From positions 49,937 to 113,936 of the forward strand of contig JACJYZ010000003.1 in NCBI GenBank assembly GCA_020635855.1: a stretch of 64,000 bases of DNA, given 5' to 3'. A program made the position numbers and the translations under genes. Under the pieces are notes generated by a model, which saw only the letters and a list, made by a program, of their open reading frames with translations, searched no databases and was not told the DNA's origin. Below, piece after piece: positions 28,601-38,709 of this stretch. This DNA comes from Flavobacteriales bacterium (lineage in GTDB: Bacteria; Bacteroidota; Bacteroidia; JACJYZ01). Position 1 is the first letter of the stretch. Each line of letters begins with the position of its first letter.

Positions 28601-31600
28601 TTGAACAGTGCCCAGCGAATCATTGTGGAGAATTACCTGTCATCCAAATACGACATTGCGGTGGCAAACGATTATTACAGTCACGATGTGTCGTATGAGG
28701 AAGACGTAGCGGGTATCGGCCGGGAAGATGCATCCAATGAACATACCGCTGCTCAGTCGGCCGGTATACTGAAGGTCTCAAGTCCATCCGGAATGGGTGA
28801 CGGAGAGTACCTGTTGTTCGGTCATAACAATGGGTCAATTGCTTCATGGACCACCACGGAAGCCCCCAACTCGGGAACCAACATCCAACGTCTGGCCAGG
28901 GAATGGCAGGTAGATCAAACAGGAAATGTGGGTACCGTTACGGTTACCGTTGATTCCACATTGCTGCCCGCCCGCCCGTCCGAATACTCAGAGTATTTTC
29001 TTCTGGTGGATGGCAACGGTGATTTCAGCAGCGGTGCCACCCAGTACAAGATGAGCAATGTCAGCGGCGCCAACTTTGAAGCTTACGGTGTGACACTTGC
29101 CGACAACGATTACATTGCCATTGCGGTGAAGCGCCCGACCATAGGGTTCACACTTGCAAGTTCAGGAACCTTCGAACCCAATGGTCCCGCAACCGTGCAG
29201 GTTCAACTCAACATGGCGCTGGCCCATAACGTTACCGTTGACTATGCCGTCAATGGCAGCAGCACGGCAACCGGTGGAGGAGTGGATTACACCTTGTCGG
29301 CGGGAACCGTAACCATTACAGCAGGTAACACCACGGCCAACATCAACATTCCCCTGGTGGATGACATCCTGGTTGAGAATTCCGAAACGATCATCCTGGA
29401 ACTTTCCAACCCTTCTTCGGGAATCACCCTCGGAACCAATACCACCCATACTTTCTCCATCAACGACGATGACAATGCGCGCAAGATCAACTTCACCGCA
29501 TCGTCCTCTTCAGGTGCGGAAAGTGTGAATACGGTTACATTAACGGTACAGGCAACCACGGCCAGTTCATCCGATATCACGGTGGATTACAGCGTGACGG
29601 GCGGTACAGCCACCGGCGGGGGAACCGACTATACATTAACCAGCGGCACGGCCACCATCCCCGGCGATAACTCAAGCACTACCACCACATTCGATATCGC
29701 CATCAACGAAGATGTCCTGGATGAAGATGACGAAACCATCATCATTACCCTCACCAATCCCACCAACGGAAACCTGGCTGCCACCAACACATCCTACACC
29801 TACACCATTACGGACAATGACAATCCGCCGGTTGTTCAGTTCACCAGCACCACTACCAGTGCTTCGGAAGATACAAGTCCGGGAGCCATTGAGGTCAGTC
29901 TTTCCGCCCCATCAGGTCAGGATGTGGTCGTAAGTTATACCGTTGCCGATGGTACAGCCACGGGCGGTTATGTGGATTACTACCTGGCCGACGGCTCACT
30001 GACCATCCCCGCCGGAAGTTCCGTTGCCAATATAGGTCCGGTCATTGTTGACGATGCCAATGTGGAGGGAGGGGAAACATTCACGGTGACTTTATCCGCC
30101 GGTCCGACGGGCGCCACATTGGGTGCGAATACCACCAATACATATACCATCAGTGATAATGACAATGCGATGGGCTTCACAGGCCCGGGTGGCGTTGGTG
30201 ATGAAGATGACAACGTGCTGTGGTTACGTGCCAGCGACCTGTCGGCAAGTCCGGTTTCATCCTGGACGGACAAGTCGGGAAACAGCAACGACATGAGCCA
30301 GGGAACAGGAGGATACCAACCCACATGGGTAAACAGCGTGATGAACGGACAACCGGTGATCCGGTTCGACGGCAGTGACGATGTGCTCAACGGGGCTGCC
30401 TCAAACACGTTGCTTGGAGGGGCAATTCAGGATGTTACCACTATCACGGCTTATCGTACAAGTTCCACACAACGAGGTTATTTATCGGCATTGAAGCGAG
30501 ATGCCGGAACCAGTTCGCTCCTTTCCATCGACATCAACTCGAACGGAGGAAGTTCGAGCACCGGGTATGCGGGTTTCTTATCCAGGGATGATGCCAACGC
30601 GAGCCACCAATGGCTCAACTACAACGGTGGATATAACGATGGAAACGGTCACATCATGGTGGCATGGATTGATGATGCCAACCGTGAATTGTTTATGGAT
30701 GGAACATCCCGCGGCACCGATGCCAACGGCATGCAAAGCGTATCCAGCAACAGCGGTACGTTCACCATAGGCGGGGCAGCATCCGGAAGTACCCCGTACA
30801 GTGGTGACGTAGGGGAGTATATCATATATACAAAAGCCCTGAATTCCGCGCAGCGTATCATTGTCGAGAACTACCTTTCATCCAAATTCGGAATTGCGGT
30901 CGCCACCGATGTATATAACAAGGAAGCCCTGAGTAAGTATGAGGTGGCTGGTATAGGTCGCGAGGATGTCAGCAATCAACACACCGCCGCCCAGTCGGCC
31001 GGTATTCTCAAGTTTTCAAGTGCTTCCGATCTGGGTGACGGTGAATACCTGTTGTTCGGTCATAACAACGGATCAGTGGCCTCATGGACCACCACTGAAG
31101 CACCCAACTCCGGTACCAACATCCAACGACTGGCCAGGGAATGGCAGATTGCGGAAACCGGCGATGTAGGTACCGTCACCATCACCGTGGATACGACTTT
31201 ATTACCCGCCCGTCCTTCCGGCTATTCGGTATACACCGTACTTGTGGACGCCGATGGTAACTTCAGCAACGGCGCTACCCAGTACAAAATGACCCAGTCT
31301 TCCGGCGCCAACTTTACCGCCACGGGTGTGGATGTATCCGATGGCAATTTCGTGGCAATTGCTGTTGTTCGTCCGGTGATTCAATTCTCGAACACCATCA
31401 GCAGTACCTTCGAACCGAACGGGCCGGCCCTGGTTCCGGTTACCCTGAACTACGCCCTTCAGTCAAACGTTACGGTTGATTATACCATCACCGGGGGAAC
31501 GGCAACGGGGGGAGGCACCGACTATGTTCTTTCCAACGGTACCCTGACCATCACCGCAGGTAATACTTCTGCCAATATCAGCATCACCCTGGTGGATGAT

Positions 31601-34600
31601 ATCGTATCGGAGTCGGATGAGACCATTACCCTTGCGCTGTCAAACCCCTCATCAGGTCTTGTTCTGGGCAGCAATGCATCCCATACGTTCACGATCAATG
31701 ACGATGACAATGCCAGAAAGATCAGCTTCACTTCCACTTCTTCCTCGGGAGACGAAAGTGTTACCCCTGTAACGCTCACCGTTCAGGCTACTTCCCCGAG
31801 TTCGTCCGACATTACGGTTGACTACATTGTCAGCGGTGGTACGGCCACCGGAAGCGGCACGGATTACACGCTTGGATCCGGAACAGCAACCATTCCCGGG
31901 GATAACAGCACAACAACCATTACATTTGATGTGGCCATTGTGGATGATGGTGTGGATGAATCCGATGAAACAATCATCATCCAGTTGGTGAATCCGACCA
32001 ACGGAAACCTGGCCGCATCCAATACAAGCTACACGTATACCATTCAGGACAACGATGCGGAACCTACGGTGGAGTTTGCCAGCACCACCACATCCAAATC
32101 GGAATCAGCAGGCACGATGAACATCGAGGTTGAGCTTTCGGCAACAAGCGGTCAGGATGTGACCGTAGACTACACTGTGGCAGACGTTTCGGCAACCGGT
32201 GGCGGAACGGATTACATATTGGCTGATGGAACACTGACCATTCCTGCAGGTGATGCAAGCGCCTACATTTCAGCCACCCTGATTGACGACGCGACGGTGG
32301 AAGGCCTGGAAGAATTTACCGTTACCCTGTCCAATCCCTCGGGAGCCACACTTGGCGGCAATACCGTAAACACGTGCTACATCACTGATGATGACAACGA
32401 AGGATACATAGGTCCGGGCGGTGTCGGTGATGCGAACAACAACGTGATCTGGCTGAGGGCGGATGACTTGTCTGCAAGTCCTGTTACATCCTGGTCCGAT
32501 CAATCCGGTAACGGCAACGATGTGAGCCAGGGTACCGCCGCCAATCAACCTACCTGGGTGAACACCGTGGTGAATGGATTTCCCGTGGTCAGGTTTGATG
32601 GGGCGAATGATGTGCTGAATGGTCCTGCAACCAATGCGTTGATAGGTGCCAACCAGGATGATCTGACGGTGATCACAGTATTCCGGACTACGTCAACCGC
32701 ACGCGGTTATCTCAGCACCCTCAAGCGAGATGCGGCCACCAGTACCCTGTTCGGGGTAGATATCAACTCGAACGGCGGAAGCGCAAGCTCCGGTTATGCT
32801 GGTATCCTCTCCAGGAATGATGCCAATAGCGCTCACAACTGGCTCACGTATAATGGAAGCTATAACAGCGGCACCGCACATATTCTCACGGGCCGGATTG
32901 AAGGTACGAGCAAGGAAGTTTTTATAGACGGAACCTCCAGGGGCTCTGATGCCAACGGATTGCAAAGTGTTTCCACCAATACGGGAGTGCTTACGATCGG
33001 AGGCGCTGCGTCCGCAAGTACACCCTACAACGGAGATGTAGCGGAATACATCATATATACCACGCCTTTGAATACCGCCCAGCGCATTATCGTGGATAAC
33101 TACCTGGCAGCAAAATATGGTCTCACCATTGCCAATGATAAATACACCGAAGGTTCTTATTACTATGAAGTGGCGGGTATAGGAAGAGCCGATGCCTCCA
33201 ATCTTCACAATGCCGCCCAGTCGGCAGGGATGTTTCTTGTGAACAATGCCAGCTCCCTGGGAGATGGCGACTACCTGCTCTTCGGCCATAACAATGGCGG
33301 AGTCGCCAGTTGGACCACCACGGAGGCACCCAATGCAGCTACAGAAAGGGTTGCACGGGAGTGGATGTTTGGTGAAACCAATGATGTAGGTACGATCAAG
33401 GTCACTGTGGACCTCTCATCTTTCGCAGCCATGCCCGGTGGTTACAATGCCTACCTGCTGATGATGGATACGGATGGTGACGGAGACTTCACCACTGGTA
33501 CACCAACCTATTATCCGCTGTCACTCGTGAGCGGAAGTACCTATGAGGCAACCGGCGTGGATGTGGCCAGTAACTATTATGCCACCATAGGTGTGGTGCA
33601 GAACATTAGCCAAACTTCCGGGGATTTCGATGATGCCGGTACGTGGTTGTCCGGAATCGTGCCCGGTTCCGGTCAGGATGCGATCATTGACAACGGCGAT
33701 GTGGTCACACTGACAGCCAATCAAACCGTAGGATCGGTGACCATCAATGGCACCGGTACACTCAACCTGGGTTCTTACACCCTCAGCATAGACAACGGTA
33801 CCATATCCAACAGCGGAACATTCAATGCAGGCACAGGTACGGTGAGATACAATGCCAGTGCAGCGCAGTGTGTGAGCGGACTCACATACTACAACCTGAT
33901 CCTGGGTGGCAGCGATACAAAAACATTGTGTGGTGATATCGCAGTAGGTCATGACCTCACCATCTCGTCCGGCGTGACCATGGACGTTTCCGGAAGCAAT
34001 TATCAGGTGACGGTAGCCGGCAATTGGTCCAACAGCGGAACCTTCACATCACAGAGCGGTACGGTGACGTTCGACGGCGGCTCAAACCAGACATTGTCCG
34101 CCTCCACAACCGAAGCATTTAACAGCCTGGTGGTGAACAAAGGAGGCGGAGACCTCGTGCTCTCCAGAAGCATAAGCGTATCGGGCACATTGACGATGAC
34201 CGCAGGTAATATCAACCTGGGGTCCTATGACCTCTCCATTGGTACTGCCGGTTCTATTTCCGGTGGAAGTTCCACCAGCTACATAGAAGCCAATAGTGTG
34301 GGCAAAGTGATCAAGTATTATGCGGCGGTTCCGGCTGCAACGGTTGACTTCCCTATCGGAGATGATGATGATTATTCACCGTTTTCATTCACACTGAATG
34401 ACGGGACACTTGGCGGTGGTGCATGTGTATCCATCAACCTGCGGGATTCCAAACACCCGAATATGCCGGCAACCGTTACTTACATATCCAGGTACTGGAC
34501 CGTGACACCAACCAATATATCCTGTAACGGCAGTTGCGATGCAGGACCGGGTGATATTGATTACGACATGAGTTACGTGTACACCAATGCCGACGTGAAC

Positions 34601-35323
34601 GGGAACGAGGCCAATCTGTTGCCCATGAAGTATTCCGGTGGTGCATGGACCACGGATGGGAGTGTGACCGTGGCTACCAATACCCTCAGCTGGAGTGGTG
34701 TGACCTCATTCAGTGACATGTCCGGAGGTTTGGATGGGGATGTGCTTCCCATCGAATTGCTTAGCTTTTCAGCTGAGCCGGCAGAGAATATGGTGAACCT
34801 GACCTGGATCACAGCGTCGGAAATCAACAATGACTATTTCACGGTTGAACGGTCTGCGGATGGAAAAACCTTCCGGCCCGTGGCAAAAGTAGACGGTGCC
34901 GGTAACAGCAACCGGTTGCTGCAATACTTTACAAAGGATGAGGCCCCACTGCCCGGCATCTCTTATTACCGACTGAAGCAAACCGATTATAATGGTGAGG
35001 TCTCCTATTCCGCCATCGTTGCCGTTCAATTTGATAACGATAAGAATTCCATGGGGCCCGTTAACATACAGGTATATCCGAACCCGGTTCGTAGTGGCGA
35101 AAAGTTTTACTTGGCTTTCGACGGATTGAAAGGAGAGAAAGAAGTATTGATCGTGTTGGTGGATGCCTACGGTCATGAATTATATACCAAAGCAGTGGTA
35201 ACCAACAACAAAGGTGGATTGCTGGAGGTGATCGATATACAGGGCAGGGTCTCACCCGGCATCTATTTTGTGATCGCCAGTTCGGAACAAACCATCGTGA
35301 ACCGCAAAGTGGTGTTCAAGTAG
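25640..35323 (+). CDS. Giant (3227 aa) T9SS-secreted adhesin-like protein: 4 tandem LamG-like modules, 9 Calx-beta domains, unique C-terminal region, T9SS CTD
   Basis: Signal peptide MCKKYLLSLLSCFVGFGALYAQ. Four modules start GPGGVGDxxxNVxWLRADDLSASPV...DQSGNGNDxSQG...QPTWV...NGxPVxRFDG (LamG/ConA-like jellyroll) at about aa 23, 770, 1515 and 2255. Each of modules 1-3 continues with three Calx-beta domains (GGTATGGGxDYTL.SGT.TIPAG...DDxxxExDET). The C-terminal region (aa ~2650-3150) is Gly/Thr-rich with beta-helix-like repeats. CTD ...IYFVIASSEQTIVNRKVVFK. Confidence 0.8.
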   Translation: MCKKYLLSLLSCFVGFGALYAQTGPGGVGDASTNIVWLRADDLSASPVSAWSDQSGNGNDMSQGNATYQPTWVDGVLNGKPVLRFDGANDDLDGPATNTLLGGGIDDITIITVFRTSSSSKGYLSALKRDGGTSSLYSIDINSNAGSGSGGYAGYVTRNDANSAHNWITYNGGYNDGGGHILVGWVNGANKELFMDGTSRGTDANGMQNISSNTGLFTIGGSAAASNNYNGDVAEYIMFTSAINDAQRIIIENYLASKYGLTIANDYFTSDATHSNELAGIGQEDASNIHADAESGGVLEVSSPSDLGDGEYLLFAHDNGSIAAWTTTEAPHAGDNMQRLTREWIMNETGDVGTITVTVDNTLLPALPAEYTDYYLLVDDDGDFSSGATEYLLSPVGGSDYQATGVDVADGSYVTIAVVRPEIDFTITADDDFETAGAVNIQVELNFAISSDATAVFTENGGSTATSGALNDYTLSAGPVTISAGTTTANITLTLNDDVDLEDDETVILDLSGPTVAQLGDDVQFTYTIHDDDNPRKVGFTAAGSSGDESVNPFSLTVQSTTASSSDITVNYTVTGGTATGGGVDYTLASGTATIPGDNSSISTTIDIAINEDILDEVDETIEITLSTPGNCNLDAGNTVYTYTITDNDNPPVVQFSFTTTDASEAVSPGQVEVSLSGITGQDVQVSYTVADGTATGSGSDYTLADGTLTIPAGSTYGYITPVIVDDSNIEPSETFTITLSAGPTNATLGANTVNTYTIGDNDDTGFTGPGGVGNATNNVLWLQADDLSASPVSSWADQSGNANDMSQGTGGYQPLWVDGVINGRPVIRFDGSDDVLNGTASNTLLGGAIEDITVLTVFRTSSTSRGYLSQLKRDGGTSSLYSIDINSTGGSASAGYAGFLTRDDANANHYWLDYNGGYNDGDGHILIGWVDNANRELFIDGTSRGTDANGMQSVSSNTGAFTLGGTSSGGTPYTGDVGEYIIYTMALNSAQRIIVENYLSSKYDIAVANDYYSHDVSYEEDVAGIGREDASNEHTAAQSAGILKVSSPSGMGDGEYLLFGHNNGSIASWTTTEAPNSGTNIQRLAREWQVDQTGNVGTVTVTVDSTLLPARPSEYSEYFLLVDGNGDFSSGATQYKMSNVSGANFEAYGVTLADNDYIAIAVKRPTIGFTLASSGTFEPNGPATVQVQLNMALAHNVTVDYAVNGSSTATGGGVDYTLSAGTVTITAGNTTANINIPLVDDILVENSETIILELSNPSSGITLGTNTTHTFSINDDDNARKINFTASSSSGAESVNTVTLTVQATTASSSDITVDYSVTGGTATGGGTDYTLTSGTATIPGDNSSTTTTFDIAINEDVLDEDDETIIITLTNPTNGNLAATNTSYTYTITDNDNPPVVQFTSTTTSASEDTSPGAIEVSLSAPSGQDVVVSYTVADGTATGGYVDYYLADGSLTIPAGSSVANIGPVIVDDANVEGGETFTVTLSAGPTGATLGANTTNTYTISDNDNAMGFTGPGGVGDEDDNVLWLRASDLSASPVSSWTDKSGNSNDMSQGTGGYQPTWVNSVMNGQPVIRFDGSDDVLNGAASNTLLGGAIQDVTTITAYRTSSTQRGYLSALKRDAGTSSLLSIDINSNGGSSSTGYAGFLSRDDANASHQWLNYNGGYNDGNGHIMVAWIDDANRELFMDGTSRGTDANGMQSVSSNSGTFTIGGAASGSTPYSGDVGEYIIYTKALNSAQRIIVENYLSSKFGIAVATDVYNKEALSKYEVAGIGREDVSNQHTAAQSAGILKFSSASDLGDGEYLLFGHNNGSVASWTTTEAPNSGTNIQRLAREWQIAETGDVGTVTITVDTTLLPARPSGYSVYTVLVDADGNFSNGATQYKMTQSSGANFTATGVDVSDGNFVAIAVVRPVIQFSNTISSTFEPNGPALVPVTLNYALQSNVTVDYTITGGTATGGGTDYVLSNGTLTITAGNTSANISITLVDDIVSESDETITLALSNPSSGLVLGSNASHTFTINDDDNARKISFTSTSSSGDESVTPVTLTVQATSPSSSDITVDYIVSGGTATGSGTDYTLGSGTATIPGDNSTTTITFDVAIVDDGVDESDETIIIQLVNPTNGNLAASNTSYTYTIQDNDAEPTVEFASTTTSKSESAGTMNIEVELSATSGQDVTVDYTVADVSATGGGTDYILADGTLTIPAGDASAYISATLIDDATVEGLEEFTVTLSNPSGATLGGNTVNTCYITDDDNEGYIGPGGVGDANNNVIWLRADDLSASPVTSWSDQSGNGNDVSQGTAANQPTWVNTVVNGFPVVRFDGANDVLNGPATNALIGANQDDLTVITVFRTTSTARGYLSTLKRDAATSTLFGVDINSNGGSASSGYAGILSRNDANSAHNWLTYNGSYNSGTAHILTGRIEGTSKEVFIDGTSRGSDANGLQSVSTNTGVLTIGGAASASTPYNGDVAEYIIYTTPLNTAQRIIVDNYLAAKYGLTIANDKYTEGSYYYEVAGIGRADASNLHNAAQSAGMFLVNNASSLGDGDYLLFGHNNGGVASWTTTEAPNAATERVAREWMFGETNDVGTIKVTVDLSSFAAMPGGYNAYLLMMDTDGDGDFTTGTPTYYPLSLVSGSTYEATGVDVASNYYATIGVVQNISQTSGDFDDAGTWLSGIVPGSGQDAIIDNGDVVTLTANQTVGSVTINGTGTLNLGSYTLSIDNGTISNSGTFNAGTGTVRYNASAAQCVSGLTYYNLILGGSDTKTLCGDIAVGHDLTISSGVTMDVSGSNYQVTVAGNWSNSGTFTSQSGTVTFDGGSNQTLSASTTEAFNSLVVNKGGGDLVLSRSISVSGTLTMTAGNINLGSYDLSIGTAGSISGGSSTSYIEANSVGKVIKYYAAVPAATVDFPIGDDDDYSPFSFTLNDGTLGGGACVSINLRDSKHPNMPATVTYISRYWTVTPTNISCNGSCDAGPGDIDYDMSYVYTNADVNGNEANLLPMKYSGGAWTTDGSVTVATNTLSWSGVTSFSDMSGGLDGDVLPIELLSFSAEPAENMVNLTWITASEINNDYFTVERSADGKTFRPVAKVDGAGNSNRLLQYFTKDEAPLPGISYYRLKQTDYNGEVSYSAIVAVQFDNDKNSMGPVNIQVYPNPVRSGEKFYLAFDGLKGEKEVLIVLVDAYGHELYTKAVVTNNKGGLLEVIDIQGRVSPGIYFVIASSEQTIVNRKVVFK
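25700..32410 (+). repeat. Three consecutive ~2.24-kb tandem nucleotide repeats inside the giant gene (module starts ~25700, 27940, 30180, 32410)
   Basis: Long runs of near-identical nucleotide sequence between modules, for example ggtaccagttcgctgtattccattgacatcaattc versus ggtaccagttccctctattccatcgatatcaactc versus ggaaccagttcgctcctttccatcgacatcaactc. Confidence 0.8.
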
Positions 35324-35349
35324 TTGGCGCCATCGCATCCGATAAAAGA

Positions 35350-35385
35350 AAAAGCCTTCCGTCGACAGACGGAAGGCTTTTTCGT
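35350..35385. terminator. Bidirectional rho-independent terminator between the convergent giant gene and M4 protease gene
   Basis: AAGCCTTCCGTC-gaca-GACGGAAGGCTT perfect 12-bp hairpin, followed by TTTTCG on the plus strand and preceded by an A-run (a U-run on the minus strand). Confidence 0.8.
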
Positions 35386-35403
35386 GAAAGAGGGTTCTGA
35401 CGC

Positions 35404-38400
35404 TTACAACCCTTTCACAAGACGAATGACTTTCTGCGCCTGGGTGTCGGTAGCGATCAAGCGTACCATGTACACGCCGTCGGGCAGTGCGGTCAGGCTG
35501 ATGGTGTGTGTGCCTGTTTGCAGGTTGCGTTTCACGATCACGGTCTCACCGATCAGGTTGATCACTTCCATCTGAAGGGTACCCTTGCCTTCGATGCTCA
35601 GGTTCACCTGATCACCGGCGGGGTTGGGGAAAAGCCTGAGGGCCACATCCTGGTCTAGCTGTGAGAGTCCTACATTCAGCACCGTCAGTGGTGAAGACTC
35701 ACCGGTACAACCGTTACCGTCTGTCACCTTCACGGTGTACACGCCGTTCACGTTGGGAATGTAGGTATCGTTGGTAGCACCGCTGATCATGGCGCCATCA
35801 CGGAACCACTGATAAGAATGTGTACCTGTAATACCCGAGATGATCAGGGTGCCGTTGCCATCCTGTGTGATGGTTGGGGTCGGCAGCGGGTTCACGCTGA
35901 TGGATGTGCTGGTGTTGCCCGTGCATCCGCCGCTGGCGGTTACCGTTACACTGTAAGTGGTATTGGCAGTCGGGTTCACAGTAACAGTCTGGGTGGTTGC
36001 ACCTGTAGACCATTGGTAAGCGGTATATCCGCTACCGGCATCCATGTTCACCGCATCGCCTGCACACACCGTTGAATTGTCTGCGGAGATGGTCGGGTTC
36101 ACACCGTTGGGATCCACCGTAGCCACCACTTCCACGCGCTCGCTCACGCACTCCTTCTCCTGGATCTCCCAGTCGTAGAAATAGTAGTAGTATCCATCCG
36201 AACCGGCATTGGTACCTGTGATGGACACCACACCTCCTACATTGAGGGGGAAGGTACTGCCGGCATCATTCCGGTAGAGGTCCACGTCTGAAGGCGTGGT
36301 GGTCGGATCACCGGTACACTTGATGAAATAATTGGTACCGGGTTGCAGGTAGAAGTCGAGGGTCACGCGGCTCTCACCCGCAGGGATGGTAACGGTTTTG
36401 GAAGCATATACCGGACCGGTATCACTGCCTTGCAGCACCTCGATCAGGCGGTCGCCTGCGGTGTTGGCATACACCTTCACGGTGCGCAGGTATACCGATG
36501 AAGTTACATCGAAGAACAAACCGCGCAGGTCATTGGCGGTGAAATAGCCACCCGTACCGATGGTGTTATCGGCCGGTCCGCCTTTCACCTTTGCCTTCTC
36601 ATCCACGGCCTCCACCCAGTAACTGGTGGTGTTGGACACCGAAGGTGAGTAGGTGCCACCGGTGTACAGCAGGGTGCCCCCGTTGGCAGCGTCGTACCAA
36701 TTGTACTTGTTGCCTGAACCGGAAGCGGACAGGTTCACCGTACCTGAGCCACAGATCTGGTCGCCCTGGGTGGTGGGCGGACTGAGCAGGCTGATGGTCA
36801 CATAAGACGTCTTGGTGTCGGTGTTTTGTCCATAGGCATTGGTAGCGGTCAGCTTCACGGTGAAGGTACCGCTGGCGGTGTAGGTGTGAGACGGGTTTTG
36901 TTGTGTGGAGGAAGCGCCGTCACCGAAATCCCATGCCCATGAAGTAGGGGCGAAGGTACTCTTGTCGGTGAACTGCACCTTGCCGTCGCAGCTGGCGGTT
37001 ACGTCGGCCACGAAATCGGGTTCGGGGGCCACGTTGCACTGAACGGGATCACCCACACCCACTGCATACCATGCATTGGCGGTTTGCGCATACTCATTGG
37101 AGCAGTCGCCGTAGAGATCCTTGGCAGATTCCAGGGCGTAATAGCGGGCGTCGGAATAATCCGAGTTGGCGCCCAGGTAAACGGTCAGGTTGCGGAAGGA
37201 GATGTGTCCTGCCTTTTCAATACCGATGCCGGTTACATTATAGGAATCACCGTTGTCGTTTGATCCTGATTCACCTTCCGAGAGTACATAAAACCAGTGG
37301 TTCTGCACACCGCTGTTTGTGTGCACACCGCCGTTGTCGTTCGAGCTGGTTTCCCAATAGGTTCCTTTATAGGTATCGGGGTTGGAATAGGTATTCGGGT
37401 TGGAAAGGCTGCGGATGGCACCGATGTCGGCCCCCATCAGCCAGTCGGCTTTGCCGGGAGTGGCGTACCATTCCACGAGGGTTCCGAAGATGTCGCTGAA
37501 GGATTCGTTCAGGGCGCCTGATTCATAAGAGTAAACCAGGTTGGCACTTTCGGAAGTAACGCCGTGTCCCACTTCATGTGAACCGATGTCGATGGTGGTG
37601 AGCGGGTTGTTGTTGCCGTCGCCGTAGCGCATGTAGCTGCCGGTCCACTGGGCGTTGTTCCAGTTGCTGTCCCAATGCACATAACCGATCAGCTTGAGGC
37701 CGTTTCCGTCAATGCTGTTCTGGTTTTCCCGGTCTTTCAGGAAGTCGTACATCTTTTCGGCGGCGAGGTGCGCATTGGTGGCAGCATCATCCATGTTGGC
37801 CGTAGATGTCCAGTTGTTATCGGAATCGGTGAAGTCAACAGCGCCGCCGGTGGAGGTGCCGTTCTGGGCATTCATGGTTTGGATACCATTGCCGCGTCCG
37901 GTTTCACGCAGGCGGTAAGAGCCGTTGTAACTATCGGTGATGATGGTTTGCGTACCATCGTAGCGGGTGTTGGCAGAACCTGTGGCGTCTACCGAGTGGA
38001 TCAGTTCATTCTTTGCAATGACCTTGCCGGTTTGGGCATCCACATAGATCTGTGCACGTGAATCGGGTTCCAACGACCAGATCTCGTAGCGGTAAGCCAG
38101 GCGGAATCCGTTGGTGGGATTGAAGTCGGGCGCCACGATCCACAGTTCGGCTTTGGGTTCGAAACTGAGATCGGGTTTTTCCAGGGCTTTTCTGAGGCTT
38201 TCCACTTCAGCCTTATCTTCCCACATGTACCTTTTACCTCCCACGAAATTAAGGGCATCGGAAAGGCTTTGTTCTTCGGAGATGGCGGGCACCACGTTCA
38301 GGTCCTTTACATCCATGAACAGTCCGTTCACAGAGCTGACCACACCGCCTTCGAGGTGGGCGCGGAACTCACCGCCCTGCACCGGGATGCCCTTGTACAG

Positions 38401-38709
38401 TTGCTGGTACTGGATGTGGGTCATGCCGATCCGGTCGGTCTTGGTCTTCACTTGTTGGAAATCGTCTTCGGGTCGGGCCGCCACGGTTGACATGACAGCT
38501 GCTTTGGGAGACTGTTGCTTGTGTCGTGCAGATGTACGATCAAATCGTACAAACAGGGGTTTGGATGACCTTTTCTGGTCGAGTCGGATGGTCTCCGCAT
38601 CAGGGAGGATCGATGCTGCCGCCTGGCCGCTCAATACCTGCGCCTGAAGTCCTGTCCAATTGAGGAGAAATATAGCACACACTATTCCTCCTGCTACCTT
38701 TCTTTTCAT
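35404..38709 (-). CDS. M4 (thermolysin-like) zinc metalloprotease with propeptide, C-terminal Ig/PKD-like domains and T9SS CTD
   Basis: Signal peptide MKRKVAGGIVCAIFLLNWTGLQAQ. Zinc site HEVGHGVTSE. Third ligand and substrate-site GALNESFSDIFG (thermolysin HExxH...ExxxD). Long Thr/Ser/Gly-rich beta-domains follow. CTD LFPNPAGDQVNLS...VYMVRLIATDTQAQKVIRLVKGL. Confidence 0.85.
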   Translation of the reverse strand: MKRKVAGGIVCAIFLLNWTGLQAQVLSGQAAASILPDAETIRLDQKRSSKPLFVRFDRTSARHKQQSPKAAVMSTVAARPEDDFQQVKTKTDRIGMTHIQYQQLYKGIPVQGGEFRAHLEGGVVSSVNGLFMDVKDLNVVPAISEEQSLSDALNFVGGKRYMWEDKAEVESLRKALEKPDLSFEPKAELWIVAPDFNPTNGFRLAYRYEIWSLEPDSRAQIYVDAQTGKVIAKNELIHSVDATGSANTRYDGTQTIITDSYNGSYRLRETGRGNGIQTMNAQNGTSTGGAVDFTDSDNNWTSTANMDDAATNAHLAAEKMYDFLKDRENQNSIDGNGLKLIGYVHWDSNWNNAQWTGSYMRYGDGNNNPLTTIDIGSHEVGHGVTSESANLVYSYESGALNESFSDIFGTLVEWYATPGKADWLMGADIGAIRSLSNPNTYSNPDTYKGTYWETSSNDNGGVHTNSGVQNHWFYVLSEGESGSNDNGDSYNVTGIGIEKAGHISFRNLTVYLGANSDYSDARYYALESAKDLYGDCSNEYAQTANAWYAVGVGDPVQCNVAPEPDFVADVTASCDGKVQFTDKSTFAPTSWAWDFGDGASSTQQNPSHTYTASGTFTVKLTATNAYGQNTDTKTSYVTISLLSPPTTQGDQICGSGTVNLSASGSGNKYNWYDAANGGTLLYTGGTYSPSVSNTTSYWVEAVDEKAKVKGGPADNTIGTGGYFTANDLRGLFFDVTSSVYLRTVKVYANTAGDRLIEVLQGSDTGPVYASKTVTIPAGESRVTLDFYLQPGTNYFIKCTGDPTTTPSDVDLYRNDAGSTFPLNVGGVVSITGTNAGSDGYYYYFYDWEIQEKECVSERVEVVATVDPNGVNPTISADNSTVCAGDAVNMDAGSGYTAYQWSTGATTQTVTVNPTANTTYSVTVTASGGCTGNTSTSISVNPLPTPTITQDGNGTLIISGITGTHSYQWFRDGAMISGATNDTYIPNVNGVYTVKVTDGNGCTGESSPLTVLNVGLSQLDQDVALRLFPNPAGDQVNLSIEGKGTLQMEVINLIGETVIVKRNLQTGTHTISLTALPDGVYMVRLIATDTQAQKVIRLVKGL

